From IMG/VR virus record IMGVR_UViG_3300022906_000002, positions 1 to 64,000 of that record: 64,000 nt of DNA. One strand, 5' to 3'. The notes beneath the pieces are model-generated. The model made no database searches. It saw nothing but the letters and a program-made list of their open reading frames with translations, and had not been told where the DNA came from. The position numbers were made by a program, and so were the translations under genes. The stretch comes from a virus. Taxonomy: Duplodnaviria; Caudoviricetes. This document shows positions 26,864-36,647 of the stretch, one piece after another (the stretch's first letter is position 1; every line of letters begins with the position of its first letter).

Positions 26864-27871
26864 ATGAAGAGAATCGCCGTCTCGGTCGCGCTCGCGATCG
26901 GCATCGTTTCCGCCCTGCCGTCTCACGCACTCCCTGCCGGCAACTACTGCGTCGGCCATCAACTCGGACCGACCGGGCAGCACCTTCGCGCCCGAATCGT
27001 CGTCGTGGACGGCACCGGGGCGACCGGGTGCGACGTACGCGACATCGGGACCGCGAACGCCTACGTCGCCGCGCAAACCCGGGGCGCCGCGGCTCAGTGG
27101 ACCGTCATGGTCATGCCGGGCGCCAACAACACCACGTACAACTACACCGAGACGAGCGGCAGCGTTCCGAGCTGGACCACGATCGTCGGCCCGAGCGCGG
27201 CGAACCGTCCGATTCTTCGACTGACCGGCGTTACCGGGACGCTCCTCTCGATGGGAACTGGCGCAGCCATTCAGAACCTTGCGATCACGGTCGGTGGCAC
27301 CGCGGCGACGACCGGTGCGGTCAAGGTAGTGGCGACGACCGGGACCTCGGCTTCGCTGATCGACGTTTCGATCGCGGTGGGCTCGACGTTCGGCGACGCG
27401 CAGAACGTGGATCTCGTGAGCAACGATGCGGGCACCTTGGCTATGACTCGCGTGGACCTGTCGAAAACCGGCACGGCGACAAAGGTCCGGCTGCTGGTGA
27501 ATGGAGCGGCCGGAACAGCGATCACGGCGAGCGGCGGAAACTGGACCGCCGGAACCTCGCAAGCCAAGGGCGCCGAGAACCTGAACGCGTCCGGCACCCT
27601 CGCCCTCTCGGGCATCAAGATCCTGACCTCGGCGACCGCGGATCTCGCCGGGACGACCGGACCGATTACGCCTTCCCTCATGACCTATGGCGCCACCTCG
27701 GGTACCGTCACGCCGGCCGACGTTCGCGCTTCCCTGCTGTACGTCGCCGCCTGCACTCCGGCAAGCGCCTCCGCCACGTGCACGGCCGGCCAGGTGTGCT
27801 TGAACGCCACGTTCGTCTACTACTGCGCGGCGACGAATACATGGGTCCGCGGGGCGCTGGCCACGTGGTAA
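26864..27871 (+). CDS. signal-peptide-bearing beta-rich fibre-like protein
   Basis: MKRIAVSVALAIGIVSALPSHA|L; C-terminal TPASASATCTAGQVC..YYCAATNTW.R.ALATW fibre-tip-like motif. Confidence 0.65.
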   Translation: MKRIAVSVALAIGIVSALPSHALPAGNYCVGHQLGPTGQHLRARIVVVDGTGATGCDVRDIGTANAYVAAQTRGAAAQWTVMVMPGANNTTYNYTETSGSVPSWTTIVGPSAANRPILRLTGVTGTLLSMGTGAAIQNLAITVGGTAATTGAVKVVATTGTSASLIDVSIAVGSTFGDAQNVDLVSNDAGTLAMTRVDLSKTGTATKVRLLVNGAAGTAITASGGNWTAGTSQAKGAENLNASGTLALSGIKILTSATADLAGTTGPITPSLMTYGATSGTVTPADVRASLLYVAACTPASASATCTAGQVCLNATFVYYCAATNTWVRGALATW

Positions 27872-27885
27872 GAAGGAGCCGGGAC

Positions 27886-28977
27886 ATGAAGCAAATCGGG
27901 CGATGGATCTTCGCGGGGGCCTGGTGCTTCGGTGCTGTACTATCGGCCGATGCACAAGATGCGCGGACGGCGCTTCGGGTATCCCAGCTCCCGCCGTGCA
28001 TCCTCGCAAAGCAGGGATGGGCACGGACCGTGAACGACGCGGACCCCGATTGCCAGACGGGGAGCGGGGTTGCGGGATCTCAGTATGCCCTGTGCATTTG
28101 CGATCCCGTTCTCGGATGGCTGGCGCTCACTCCGGGCGGCGGGGGTGGAGGTGGCGCCCCGAGCGGTCCGGCGGGCGGCGACCTGACGGGTACCTATCCG
28201 AACCCGAGCGTAGCGCCGAACGCTGTGGCCCTCGGCACCGACACCACGGGGCCGTATGCTGGCAGCGCCTCCGAAGCCGGACCGGCAACGTCCGCGCTCG
28301 CCGTGACGGGCTTCACCGCATCGAAGTGCGCGCGATTCGACGGCTCCGGCAACCTTGTCGCGGCGACCGACGATTGCCCGGACGGCGCGGCGGGCGGCGG
28401 TGGCGGCATCGGCGGGGACACCGGGGCGACAGACGGGGCCATGCTTCTCGCCGACGGTACAGGCGGCTCGACGGTCAAGGCGTCCACCAACGTCTACCAG
28501 GATGCCAGCCAGAACCTGGTACTCGAAGATGCGACGGGCGCCCGAGAGCTTTGGTTCGGGTCGGTGGCAACCGCACCCGTTCTCAAGCGCAGCGGCACGA
28601 CGCTCGTGGTTATCGGCAACGACGGCGTGCAGCGTTCGCTGAACGTGGGGCAACTTACCGCGGGCGACGCGGGCGCTCCCTCGGCGTTTCAGGGCGGCAT
28701 CCAAATCGGCAACGGTAAGGGTGTCTGCTTTAGCGATGGCGTGGACTACGGCCAAGGCTTCGAGTCGGTCTCCGGGGTCATGTGGAGCAGCGATTGCGCT
28801 GGTACCGCCCGCAGTTTCGGGATGCGCAGTCTCCGCCTGTCGCCGTTGTCGGCGCCACCTTATGCGTGCAGCTCGACCACTGAGGGGGCGATCTACTCCG
28901 ATCTCGACGATCACGGGCTGTGCTATTGCGACGGCACGGACTGGGGCGCCATCTTCGGCCTCGGGGTGTGTAGCTGA
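27886..28977 (+). CDS. signal-peptide-bearing fibre-like protein, paralog of 23026-24435
   Basis: AAGGAG RBS; shared N-terminal, middle and C-terminal Cys domains; GPAGGDLTGTYPNP motif. Confidence 0.7.
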   Translation: MKQIGRWIFAGAWCFGAVLSADAQDARTALRVSQLPPCILAKQGWARTVNDADPDCQTGSGVAGSQYALCICDPVLGWLALTPGGGGGGGAPSGPAGGDLTGTYPNPSVAPNAVALGTDTTGPYAGSASEAGPATSALAVTGFTASKCARFDGSGNLVAATDDCPDGAAGGGGGIGGDTGATDGAMLLADGTGGSTVKASTNVYQDASQNLVLEDATGARELWFGSVATAPVLKRSGTTLVVIGNDGVQRSLNVGQLTAGDAGAPSAFQGGIQIGNGKGVCFSDGVDYGQGFESVSGVMWSSDCAGTARSFGMRSLRLSPLSAPPYACSSTTEGAIYSDLDDHGLCYCDGTDWGAIFGLGVCS

Positions 28978-29020
28978 CTTCGCAGGACCTAACCCACAAC
29001 GACCGACAGGAGATTTATCG

Positions 29021-29221
29021 ATGCCGGAACTAAAGATGGTGACCGATCTCAACGGCTACGAAGGCTTCACGGGAGTGCAGATCGTCGATGGCGAGGAAGT
29101 CCTCGGCACCGCCGCGATCTTCAAGATGCAGGACGGCAAGTGGATTCTCAACCGGCCGGGCGTCTCGGCGGACCTCTGCCACGTGGACGAACTCAACCGC
29201 ATCGCCTTGGACGCGCCGTAG
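29021..29221 (+). CDS. hypothetical protein
   Basis: AGGAG RBS. Confidence 0.55.
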   Translation: MPELKMVTDLNGYEGFTGVQIVDGEEVLGTAAIFKMQDGKWILNRPGVSADLCHVDELNRIALDAP

Positions 29222-29225
29222 CCGC

Positions 29226-30614
29226 ATGCCGCCCGTCTCCCAAGCTAAGCGCCGCGAAGAGGTCCTGCCGTTCGGCGTGGCCTCGCTCGGGCGTCAGATC
29301 GCCTCGGAGACGGGCAAGCTGTTCCTCCTGGAACCCGAGGACCCGGTCCTCGCCCGCCTGGCGCACGAGAACCCGCACCGCCTGTATCAGCGCCTCGGGA
29401 TCACCGACGCCACGGTGGCCGGGGCCTGGTCTCAGATCGTCACGTGCCTTCTGGCCTATCCGATCGATCTACTCCCCGCCAGCTCGAAACAAGGGTACGG
29501 GCGCGAGCCGTCACGGGCGCAGCGTCGAATGCACCGCTACGTGCAGTCGGCGATCGATCAGGTCACGATGTGGGAAACGGTGCTCTGCCGGGCGCTCGAC
29601 GCGGTGGCCTGGGGATGGCGGCCCTTCGAGATCACGTACGACCGCGACCTGTACGTCATGGGCACCCGATACTGGCGGCCGGTGACGATGCGGGAGAAGG
29701 ACCCGAGCCTGTTCCGTTTCAACGGCAATCGCGATTTGGTGCTGGTGGCGACCCGGGAGTCGATGATTTTCGATGGCCCCGACGATCCGGCCCGGTGGTG
29801 GCTGTGCCAGAGCGGATCTCTGGATTGTCCGTACGGGATCGGCCTGTTTCAGCCGGCGTGGCTCCCGTCGTATCTCAAGAGCCAATACCTCACGCTATGG
29901 AAGGCCGGACTCACGCGCCAGAACGGCGTCCTCCGGGTGAAGTCGTCGAAGCCGGCGGATGTGAACCTGACGAACCCTAGCACCGCCGTCTCACCGCGGC
30001 AGACGGTATCCGCTGTCGTCGCGGCCGCCCGGGAGATGATGCGGGCCGTGAACGAGGACGGCATTCTGGTCACGATGAACGGCTTCGAGGCAAGCTTCGA
30101 GGAAGGTCTGACGGCGAGCGCCGACACATTCCAGGGGCCGATCAGCTATCTCGACGGGCTGATCAATTTGGTGCTGTTGGGGCAGCAGCTCACGGCGGCA
30201 TCGGCCAAGGACACCAGTTCGCGGGCGGCCGGCGAAGTGGCGCGGAAGACGACGATCGACCGGGCGCGAGGTGTCGGCGGATCGCTCGTTGGCATGCTCA
30301 ACGTTCTGGTCGGCATGCTCTGCCGCTTGAACTTCGGGGACGACGCGGACCCCGCCGACTTCCCCTATTGGCGATCCCAGATCGACCGCACATCTAAGCT
30401 CGACGCAGCGGCCAAGCTCTTCGCGATGGGCGCGATCATCGACGGTAACCAGCTCGCCGAGGATTCAGGGGTGCCGCTGCTCAAAGAGGGAGAGCCCGGA
30501 GCGCTACAGAAGACGGCGGCCACGGCTGACTTGACCGTTGATTCCGCTACCCAAGGCGACCCGCAGAACACCGGGGACGCCGCGACCGGTGAGCAGGACG
30601 CGGCGTCCGGGTAG
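29226..30614 (+). CDS. portal protein (Mu gp29/DUF935-like)
   Basis: LDAVAWGW..FEI, PYGIGL...W.P..LK, LLGQQLT..SSRAAGEV, LNFG; position after terL. Confidence 0.8.
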   Translation: MPPVSQAKRREEVLPFGVASLGRQIASETGKLFLLEPEDPVLARLAHENPHRLYQRLGITDATVAGAWSQIVTCLLAYPIDLLPASSKQGYGREPSRAQRRMHRYVQSAIDQVTMWETVLCRALDAVAWGWRPFEITYDRDLYVMGTRYWRPVTMREKDPSLFRFNGNRDLVLVATRESMIFDGPDDPARWWLCQSGSLDCPYGIGLFQPAWLPSYLKSQYLTLWKAGLTRQNGVLRVKSSKPADVNLTNPSTAVSPRQTVSAVVAAAREMMRAVNEDGILVTMNGFEASFEEGLTASADTFQGPISYLDGLINLVLLGQQLTAASAKDTSSRAAGEVARKTTIDRARGVGGSLVGMLNVLVGMLCRLNFGDDADPADFPYWRSQIDRTSKLDAAAKLFAMGAIIDGNQLAEDSGVPLLKEGEPGALQKTAATADLTVDSATQGDPQNTGDAATGEQDAASG

Positions 30615-30618
30615 GGTA

Positions 30619-30828
30619 TCAAGCAGGCGACGCCCGCTCTGGGTTCGTCAATCCATGTGCAACTACGACTTCCGCGAGTCGTTTTTCTTCGATCCATCGC
30701 GGCTCGCCCACGGTCGGCTCGATTCGCACCTGAACGCTGCCGCCGATGTCGAAGCAAATCGAGGTGGCCGATCCGGTGAATCCGCTCACCGTGTCTTTGT
30801 AAAACTTGCCGAGGTCGTCTTTCGTCAT
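30619..30828 (-). CDS. hypothetical phage protein
   Basis: AGGAG RBS; LGK.YKD.VSGFTG. Confidence 0.6.
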   Translation of the reverse strand: MTKDDLGKFYKDTVSGFTGSATSICFDIGGSVQVRIEPTVGEPRWIEEKRLAEVVVAHGLTNPERASPA

Positions 30829-30898
30829 TATTTCGGATCTCCTATTCTTCTCCGCCCGGGCTTGGGCGGGAATGCATTGCGTCAGGCCCTCATGGGGA

Positions 30899-31093
30899 TT
30901 AATCCGCCGCGTCGCTTGGATTTGGTTCGCCAACCCACGAGCCCATCCACGCCCCGATAGCCCCCACCAACACCGGTACGATAACCTGGCGCAGGCCCCA
31001 TGATGGCCCTCCCGCTCCCGCAATGAATCCCAAGGCTCCGCCGTAGAGAAAGTATCCGGCCGACTTGATGGCGCGCCGATCATTAACTGTCAT
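30899..31093 (-). CDS. small 2-TM protein
   Basis: Two Gly-rich hydrophobic segments. Confidence 0.5.
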   Translation of the reverse strand: MTVNDRRAIKSAGYFLYGGALGFIAGAGGPSWGLRQVIVPVLVGAIGAWMGSWVGEPNPSDAAD

Positions 31094-32630
31094 GTCGCAC
31101 CGCCCTCGCCCCCGAAGCCACAGACCGCGCCATGCACTCCGGGCACATCTCGCCCTCGGACAAGTCGCGACTATGAACCATGCAGCGGAATGCGGGGCGC
31201 GATGCGTTGGCGGTCGGGACATGAACCGCGATCTCGGATGGCGCAAGTTCAAGGCCGAGATCTTCGTGCCCGCGATCCTCGGCCGGCACTGAGGTCTCCG
31301 GACTTTCGGACCGAATGCGATACGTCCTCGGATTGAAGCTCCCTCGGCCCCCGGCGTCGGCAAGCTCAAGAATGCCGTTCCGCACGTGCCGCTCCATTAC
31401 GCCCCGGACGGTCGATCGCGTAGTGGTATCTTCGGGGTGCGCCGCGTTCCATGCCGCCCAAGCTTGCGGTGCGCTGAAGGGCTGCGGCAGGGATCGGGCG
31501 AGGTCGAGCAGCGGTTCGTCCAAGGCGCGGCGCTTCGGCGGTGGCGGCAGGGATCGAGCCGGGGCGACGGTGACGGGGTTCCCGGGGTCGTTGGTAATCT
31601 TGACGTACAGATCATTGCCGTCGGCGCCTTCCGGTATCGCGACCTCGCGCCAATGGTCGGGAGGGAATCCGGGCGGGTACGGCAGTTCGTCGCTCTCGCC
31701 GCATCGCGAGCAGGCGTCGCCTTCCCGGTACAACTCGCCATGTTCGGGGCATCGCTTGCATACAACGCCTTCGACGCGGAAGCGGTCGGTCGACAGGTGC
31801 CCGCCGTCCGCTGCCGCTCGCTTCCATCGCGCCTCCTCGATCCCGGCATCGAACTGCGCTCGCCGCTCCGGGTCCGCGCAGATCGGGCAGCGGCCGTCTG
31901 GCGGGAAGTCCTCGGCATGCTCCGCGCAGCGGAGAGAGATCGGCGGGCGGCAGAAGGGACACTGACCACCGATCGGGTACGGGTCGCCGTGCTTCTGGCA
32001 AAAGACGAACCGAGCGGCGCGCTCGAAGTAGTCGTTGCCGGAAGTTCCGCAGTTCGAACAAGAGAACTCGCCTGTCGGGGTGAGCAAGAATTTCAAGCTG
32101 TAGCATACGGGGCAGAGGACGGGCGGGGCGTCAGCAAGATCGCCTGACGTCTCCGATCTGATCTTCGCTCCCGGGTCCCGATGTTCCGCCAGCGCCACGG
32201 CGACCCGCGAATCAACCCAGCGCACGGCATCCCGGTAGATCTGCTCGGGATCGGTCGCCGGGTGCGCGACGAACAGGCGTTCGGCCATTCTGGAGATGCG
32301 GTCGGCGCGGATCGCCTCCTCGCATGCGCGAGCGTTGGCGGCCCGCTCGGACTCTGAGGATGGCGGCCCGCCTTCTGTCGGTTCGTCATGGACCGGGCAC
32401 TCTTCCGGCGGTAGCGCTGGGATCGGCAGAGGCATCGCCGGATAGTTCGCGGGTAGCGGCTTTTGGATCGGAACGCCCGGCGCCAAGGGATTCCGGTTGG
32501 CTCCCGCGAAGTGCTGCCCCGGCATGTTCCGCCTGAACCGCGCCCGGATCTCGCACCGGTTCAGGTAGATCACGACGGCGGCGAGGACGAGAAGGCCAAG
32601 GATGATCGATGGCCAGAAGATTTCGCTCAT
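31083..32630 (-). CDS. membrane-anchored multi-zinc-finger protein with a winged-helix-like domain
   Basis: N-terminal TM; one C4 ribbon; four CxxH-x9-CxxC units; wHTH-like segment. Confidence 0.65.
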   Translation of the reverse strand: MSEIFWPSIILGLLVLAAVVIYLNRCEIRARFRRNMPGQHFAGANRNPLAPGVPIQKPLPANYPAMPLPIPALPPEECPVHDEPTEGGPPSSESERAANARACEEAIRADRISRMAERLFVAHPATDPEQIYRDAVRWVDSRVAVALAEHRDPGAKIRSETSGDLADAPPVLCPVCYSLKFLLTPTGEFSCSNCGTSGNDYFERAARFVFCQKHGDPYPIGGQCPFCRPPISLRCAEHAEDFPPDGRCPICADPERRAQFDAGIEEARWKRAAADGGHLSTDRFRVEGVVCKRCPEHGELYREGDACSRCGESDELPYPPGFPPDHWREVAIPEGADGNDLYVKITNDPGNPVTVAPARSLPPPPKRRALDEPLLDLARSLPQPFSAPQAWAAWNAAHPEDTTTRSTVRGVMERHVRNGILELADAGGRGSFNPRTYRIRSESPETSVPAEDRGHEDLGLELAPSEIAVHVPTANASRPAFRCMVHSRDLSEGEMCPECMARSVASGARAVRHDS

Positions 32631-32806
32631 TTCCCGTTCCCTTCGAAGCCCGGCCATTGAACTTCGACTGGCTTTAGGCTGAGGCGTTTTTCGATTCTAT
32701 TGATTCGCTGTTCCGCGTTTACGATCCAAGCAACCAGCAGGTACAGCAAGGCGAAAAGCATGAACGCCGAGAAGCATCCCGGACCACTCGATCCCTTTTC
32801 TTCCAT
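32627..32806 (-). CDS. small single-TM protein (59 aa)
   Basis: Translated by hand: MEEKGSSGPGCFSAFMLFALLYLLVAWIV...; coupled. Confidence 0.5.
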   Translation of the reverse strand: MEEKGSSGPGCFSAFMLFALLYLLVAWIVNAEQRINRIEKRLSLKPVEVQWPGFEGNGK

Positions 32807-33166
32807 CTACAGCCCTCCCGCGATTCGGTTAACCTCGGCGAAATCGAGACCGAGGGCAAGGCACACGCCGCGGAGTCGAGCGCGACGATCTCCGCGGCCG
32901 AGTGGCAGAACGGGACCGCATTCCAGCCCTTCGATGTGGCGCGATGTAACGTCCACCTCCCGCCAGATCTTGCGCTCTTCAGCGGTGACGTAGATCGGCG
33001 TTACGAAATCCGCAGCAGAGTCGCGAAGGCATGCCTCGGCTTCGACGGCTAGCGCTTCCCGGCTCCATCCGCGCGCGTCCCGAGCGCGCCGAATCATGGT
33101 GGCGAGGTAGTCGCTGGACGCGGTCGGCAGATACTGGTGGCGGGCGTGTCGCTGCGGTGCGGTCAT
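32807..33166 (-). CDS. XRE-HTH-like protein with an insertion
   Basis: IRRARDARGWSREALA...VTSRHIEGLE...CLALGLD. Confidence 0.55.
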   Translation of the reverse strand: MTAPQRHARHQYLPTASSDYLATMIRRARDARGWSREALAVEAEACLRDSAADFVTPIYVTAEERKIWREVDVTSRHIEGLECGPVLPLGRGDRRARLRGVCLALGLDFAEVNRIAGGL

Positions 33167-33411
33167 GCGGCGGGCTCCGTCCTGAGGCGTTGGATTTCGA
33201 GCAATCGCCTGGTGCATAGATCTTCGGATTCCGACAGCGCGGCGGTCATTCTGGCGGCTCGCTGCTCGGCCCACGTGCAACGCTCCTTCGCGTTCATTAT
33301 TGCGGGAAGAGCGACCAATGAGACCGTCCCGGCCGAGAATGGAACCCGCTCACCCGTCGCGTCCGCGAGCGCCTGGGCCAATCGGTGGACCTCGGCGAAG
33401 TCGACGCTCAC
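33163..33411 (-). CDS. hypothetical protein
   Basis: Coupled ORF. Confidence 0.5.
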   Translation of the reverse strand: MSVDFAEVHRLAQALADATGERVPFSAGTVSLVALPAIMNAKERCTWAEQRAARMTAALSESEDLCTRRLLEIQRLRTEPAA

Positions 33412-33587
33412 CGAGCCACCTCACGAAAGGCAATGAGGCAGCCGACGCCTACGACAGCGAGCCCGATTCGTAATGCGTACGACGGATCAAAGAGTCTGCT
33501 CGCCATAAATCCCATACCCAGAGCAATGACGGTCAGGGCCGCGGTAAGCCACGGCCCCAAGCCTGTAGATTTATCGGATTGGTCCAT
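33408..33587 (-). CDS. small 2-TM protein (59 aa)
   Basis: Translated by hand: MDQSDKSTGLGPWLTAALTVIALGMGF...IGLAVVGVGCLIAF. Confidence 0.5.
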   Translation of the reverse strand: MDQSDKSTGLGPWLTAALTVIALGMGFMASRLFDPSYALRIGLAVVGVGCLIAFREVAR

Positions 33588-33691
33588 CGACCCACCCTCT
33601 TTCCGCCCGTCCGGGCGCCCGATTCTACCGCATTTCTACGCAAACCCGGCGCACTTGCGGTGCCGCTTCCCGTGTAGCGCCGAAAGTTCAC

Positions 33692-35251
33692 GTGCGAAAT
33701 GCTTTCGCCGTGTCCGACGCACTCGATCGACTAGCGTTTCGTTTTGCCCCCGGCAAGACGGCGCGCCGCTACGTAGCCAAGCATCAATGGGCGATTACTC
33801 CGGAGGCTATGGAGACGATCGCCGACGTCGTTGCGGCTCACTGCGCGGGCGCCCGATTCTCTGACGAAGAGCGCGAGCAGCGAATCGCTGCCGCCGGGTG
33901 TCGCGCCGAATCCCCGGAATCACCGATCGAGGACTTGTCGGCGGCCGGGAACAAGGTAGCCGTCATCCCGTTGCGCGGAGTCTTGGCGCGGCACATGGAT
34001 CTGATGATGCGCTACAGCGGTGGCACGTCTACGGACGCCTTCGCGGCAGCCGTCCGCGCTGCGGCGAGCGACGAGAACGTCACCGGCATCATGCTCTTCT
34101 GCGATACACCGGGCGGCACGGTAGACGGGGCTCAGGAAGCCGCCGCTGCCGTCCGGGAGGTTGTCGCGGCGGGCAAGAAGCCGGTGCTCGCCTACGTCGA
34201 AGGCGAATGCTGCTCGGCCGGAATGTGGATCGCGAGCCAAGCGCAGCGTCTCGTGTCCGCGCCTCACGGAATCATCGGCAGCCTCGGCGTCCTCTTGCAG
34301 CATATGGACGTTTCGAGCGCCGACGAAAAAGAGGGCGTGAAGTTCACCTACATCACGTACCCGGAGGGCGGCAATAAGGCCGAGGCAAACCCTCACCAGC
34401 CGCTCAAGGCCGAGACGCTTGAACACCTCCAGGAGCTAATCAAGCCGGCCGGCGATGCGTTCTACGCCGCGGTCGCCGAGGGCCGAGGCGTGACCCTCGC
34501 GAAGGTCAATCAGTGGGGCAAGGGGCGCGTGTTCGATGCCTCGCAAGCCCTCGAAATGGGAATGATCGACGACGTTACCAACTTCGACGGGGCACTTGCC
34601 CTGCTCGACGAGCTTTCCGGGGACGACCCCGAAGAGGAGACGGACATGGCCAATATTGACGACGCGGCAGTCGCCGCTAGCGTCAAGGCGGCGCTACCCG
34701 AAGCATTGGCGGCGACGCTGCCCTCGACTCTTCGGGCCGAGCTGGAGCCGCTGCTCGCTGCGCACGCCGAGAAGATCAACCTCGGATCGGCCGCCGCGAT
34801 GGCGCCGATCGACGAACGACTGAAGGCAGTAGAGGCCGGACAGGTCGAGATGAAGGCGAGCCTCGCCGCGAGCAACAAGGCGACCGCCGAGACCCTGACC
34901 CGTCAGGCGCTCGAACGGCTCGCGGATTCCGGGCAGCTCGCTCCGGCGCTGGTCGAAGAGGAACTGGCGGACTTGATGTGTCTCTCCGAAGAGCGGCGTC
35001 AGGCTCGGCTCGACCGCATGAAGACCGCGAAGAGCGTGGTTCCGACGAACGCGGCGAACCTGCCGCTCGGCGCGGATCCCGTCGCATCCAACGCCGCCGC
35101 CCGTGACTTCGGGATGCCCAACGGCGACGGCCCGGACCCGCTCGAAGCTTCGGTCGTCGCTCGACTCGACGAAGAGGGCATCAGCCCGGCCGATGGCGCC
35201 AAGTACGTGGCGCGCTACAACGCTCTCATGAAGGAGACGGCCGATGCCTAG
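33692..35251 (+). CDS. S49 (SppA-like) prohead protease with C-terminal scaffold
   Basis: VAVIPLRG, DTPGG, CCSAGMWIAS, IGSLGV, VAEGRG; internal GAGGAG..ATG that may start a scaffold protein. Confidence 0.9.
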   Translation: MRNAFAVSDALDRLAFRFAPGKTARRYVAKHQWAITPEAMETIADVVAAHCAGARFSDEEREQRIAAAGCRAESPESPIEDLSAAGNKVAVIPLRGVLARHMDLMMRYSGGTSTDAFAAAVRAAASDENVTGIMLFCDTPGGTVDGAQEAAAAVREVVAAGKKPVLAYVEGECCSAGMWIASQAQRLVSAPHGIIGSLGVLLQHMDVSSADEKEGVKFTYITYPEGGNKAEANPHQPLKAETLEHLQELIKPAGDAFYAAVAEGRGVTLAKVNQWGKGRVFDASQALEMGMIDDVTNFDGALALLDELSGDDPEEETDMANIDDAAVAASVKAALPEALAATLPSTLRAELEPLLAAHAEKINLGSAAAMAPIDERLKAVEAGQVEMKASLAASNKATAETLTRQALERLADSGQLAPALVEEELADLMCLSEERRQARLDRMKTAKSVVPTNAANLPLGADPVASNAAARDFGMPNGDGPDPLEASVVARLDEEGISPADGAKYVARYNALMKETADA

Positions 35252-35645
35252 TCTCAATGCAGCCCGGTCCGAACAGATCGTTGATACCTACATCCCCAAG
35301 GCGGCCACCGACATGACCGCGGGTCAGGGCTGCGTCCTGGCAAGCACGGGCGTGCAGCACATCGAGCCGTCCGTGGCGGCATCGGTCTACCTGCTCGGCG
35401 TTCTGGCTTACGACGCACTCGCCCTCAACGAGGTGCGAGTCGTCGAGCGCGGACAGGTCGAGGTGCAGGTCAAGAACGGCGAGACCTGGGCGATCAACGA
35501 CAAGATCGGCCTAGCCGCCGCCGGCCAATTCACGAAGGTCACCACGGGCAACTACTTCGCCGTCTCCCAGGGCACCACCACGGGCGGCACTGGCGAAAAG
35601 TGCTTCGTGAAACTCTTGGGCCATGCGCCCGCGACGTTCGCCTAA
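35244..35645 (+). CDS. capsid decoration/cement protein
   Basis: Small beta-rich protein between the protease and MCP; LGVLAYDA...V.V...G.V.V. Confidence 0.7.
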   Translation: MPSLNAARSEQIVDTYIPKAATDMTAGQGCVLASTGVQHIEPSVAASVYLLGVLAYDALALNEVRVVERGQVEVQVKNGETWAINDKIGLAAAGQFTKVTTGNYFAVSQGTTTGGTGEKCFVKLLGHAPATFA

Positions 35646-35657
35646 GGAGCCCTGAAA

Positions 35658-36635
35658 ATGGCAATTACCGTGGCCACCCTTCCCGGCCCTTTCGCCAACG
35701 AGCGCAGCACGTCGCCGCTTCTGACCAGCCTCGTGCTCGGGCAGCCGACGCGGCCCGGCGCCGCGGACATCTTCTTCCCCCGCGTTCCCGTACCCTCGCC
35801 GGTCTTCGAGTTCCGGCAGTACGACAACGCCGAGATCGTGCCGGTCGAGACGAGCAGGGCGTTTAGCGCGCCCTACAAGACCAAGACGGCAGGCGGGCGC
35901 CTCCTGACCGCGGCCCTCCAGCGACACTCGTTTGCGGGTATGGCCGACATCGATCAGTTCAAAATCTCGAAGTCGTTCGGCGGAGATCCGCTCTTTCAAG
36001 CGCGTCAGGCGGCGATCGGCAAGCGCATCGTTGATCTGACCCGCGAGATCAAGGCGTCGGAAGTCCTGACGAATACCGCCACCTACCCGGCCGGACACAC
36101 CCTCGCGCTGGCGAGCGGCAGTGAATGGAACGCGGCCGGCGGCGACAGCCAGGGCGATATCACCACGGCGGCCGACGCCATCCTCAGCAAGACGGCGGCC
36201 GGCCGAGAGGAGTTGATGGTCGGCCTCAGCTCTTCGGCCCTCAACGCGGCGCTCGCCGATCCCGTGTTCAAGGCGTCGCGGGTTTACACCAACTCGGCGT
36301 TCCCGAGCGTCCGCGATCTGGCGGCGTATTGGGGCGTCAAGGAAGTTCGGAGCTTCAACCCCGTGGCCGCCGCCAGCCAGGAAGTCGGCTCGGTGCCGGC
36401 TCCGATCTACGGTGACGTAGCGATCGTGTTCGTCCCGATGTTCGATCCGGCCAACTACGACTTGACGACCGGCACGATGGTCTTCGGCGCCGGATTCACG
36501 TGGAACACGGGCGTCGCTAACGTCCCGTTCTACGACGACAAGACGTCGTCGTGGTACTACCCCTGGACCGACTGGTTCGATTTCGAAGTCATCTCGGGCG
36601 GCGCCGGATTCCTAATCACCAACTGCGCCGCTTAA
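35658..36635 (+). CDS. major capsid protein
   Basis: AAGGAG RBS; ADIFFPRVPV, REIKAS, SEWN; size and synteny. Confidence 0.8.
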   Translation: MAITVATLPGPFANERSTSPLLTSLVLGQPTRPGAADIFFPRVPVPSPVFEFRQYDNAEIVPVETSRAFSAPYKTKTAGGRLLTAALQRHSFAGMADIDQFKISKSFGGDPLFQARQAAIGKRIVDLTREIKASEVLTNTATYPAGHTLALASGSEWNAAGGDSQGDITTAADAILSKTAAGREELMVGLSSSALNAALADPVFKASRVYTNSAFPSVRDLAAYWGVKEVRSFNPVAAASQEVGSVPAPIYGDVAIVFVPMFDPANYDLTTGTMVFGAGFTWNTGVANVPFYDDKTSSWYYPWTDWFDFEVISGGAGFLITNCAA

Positions 36636-36647
36636 ACGGAGACCGTC

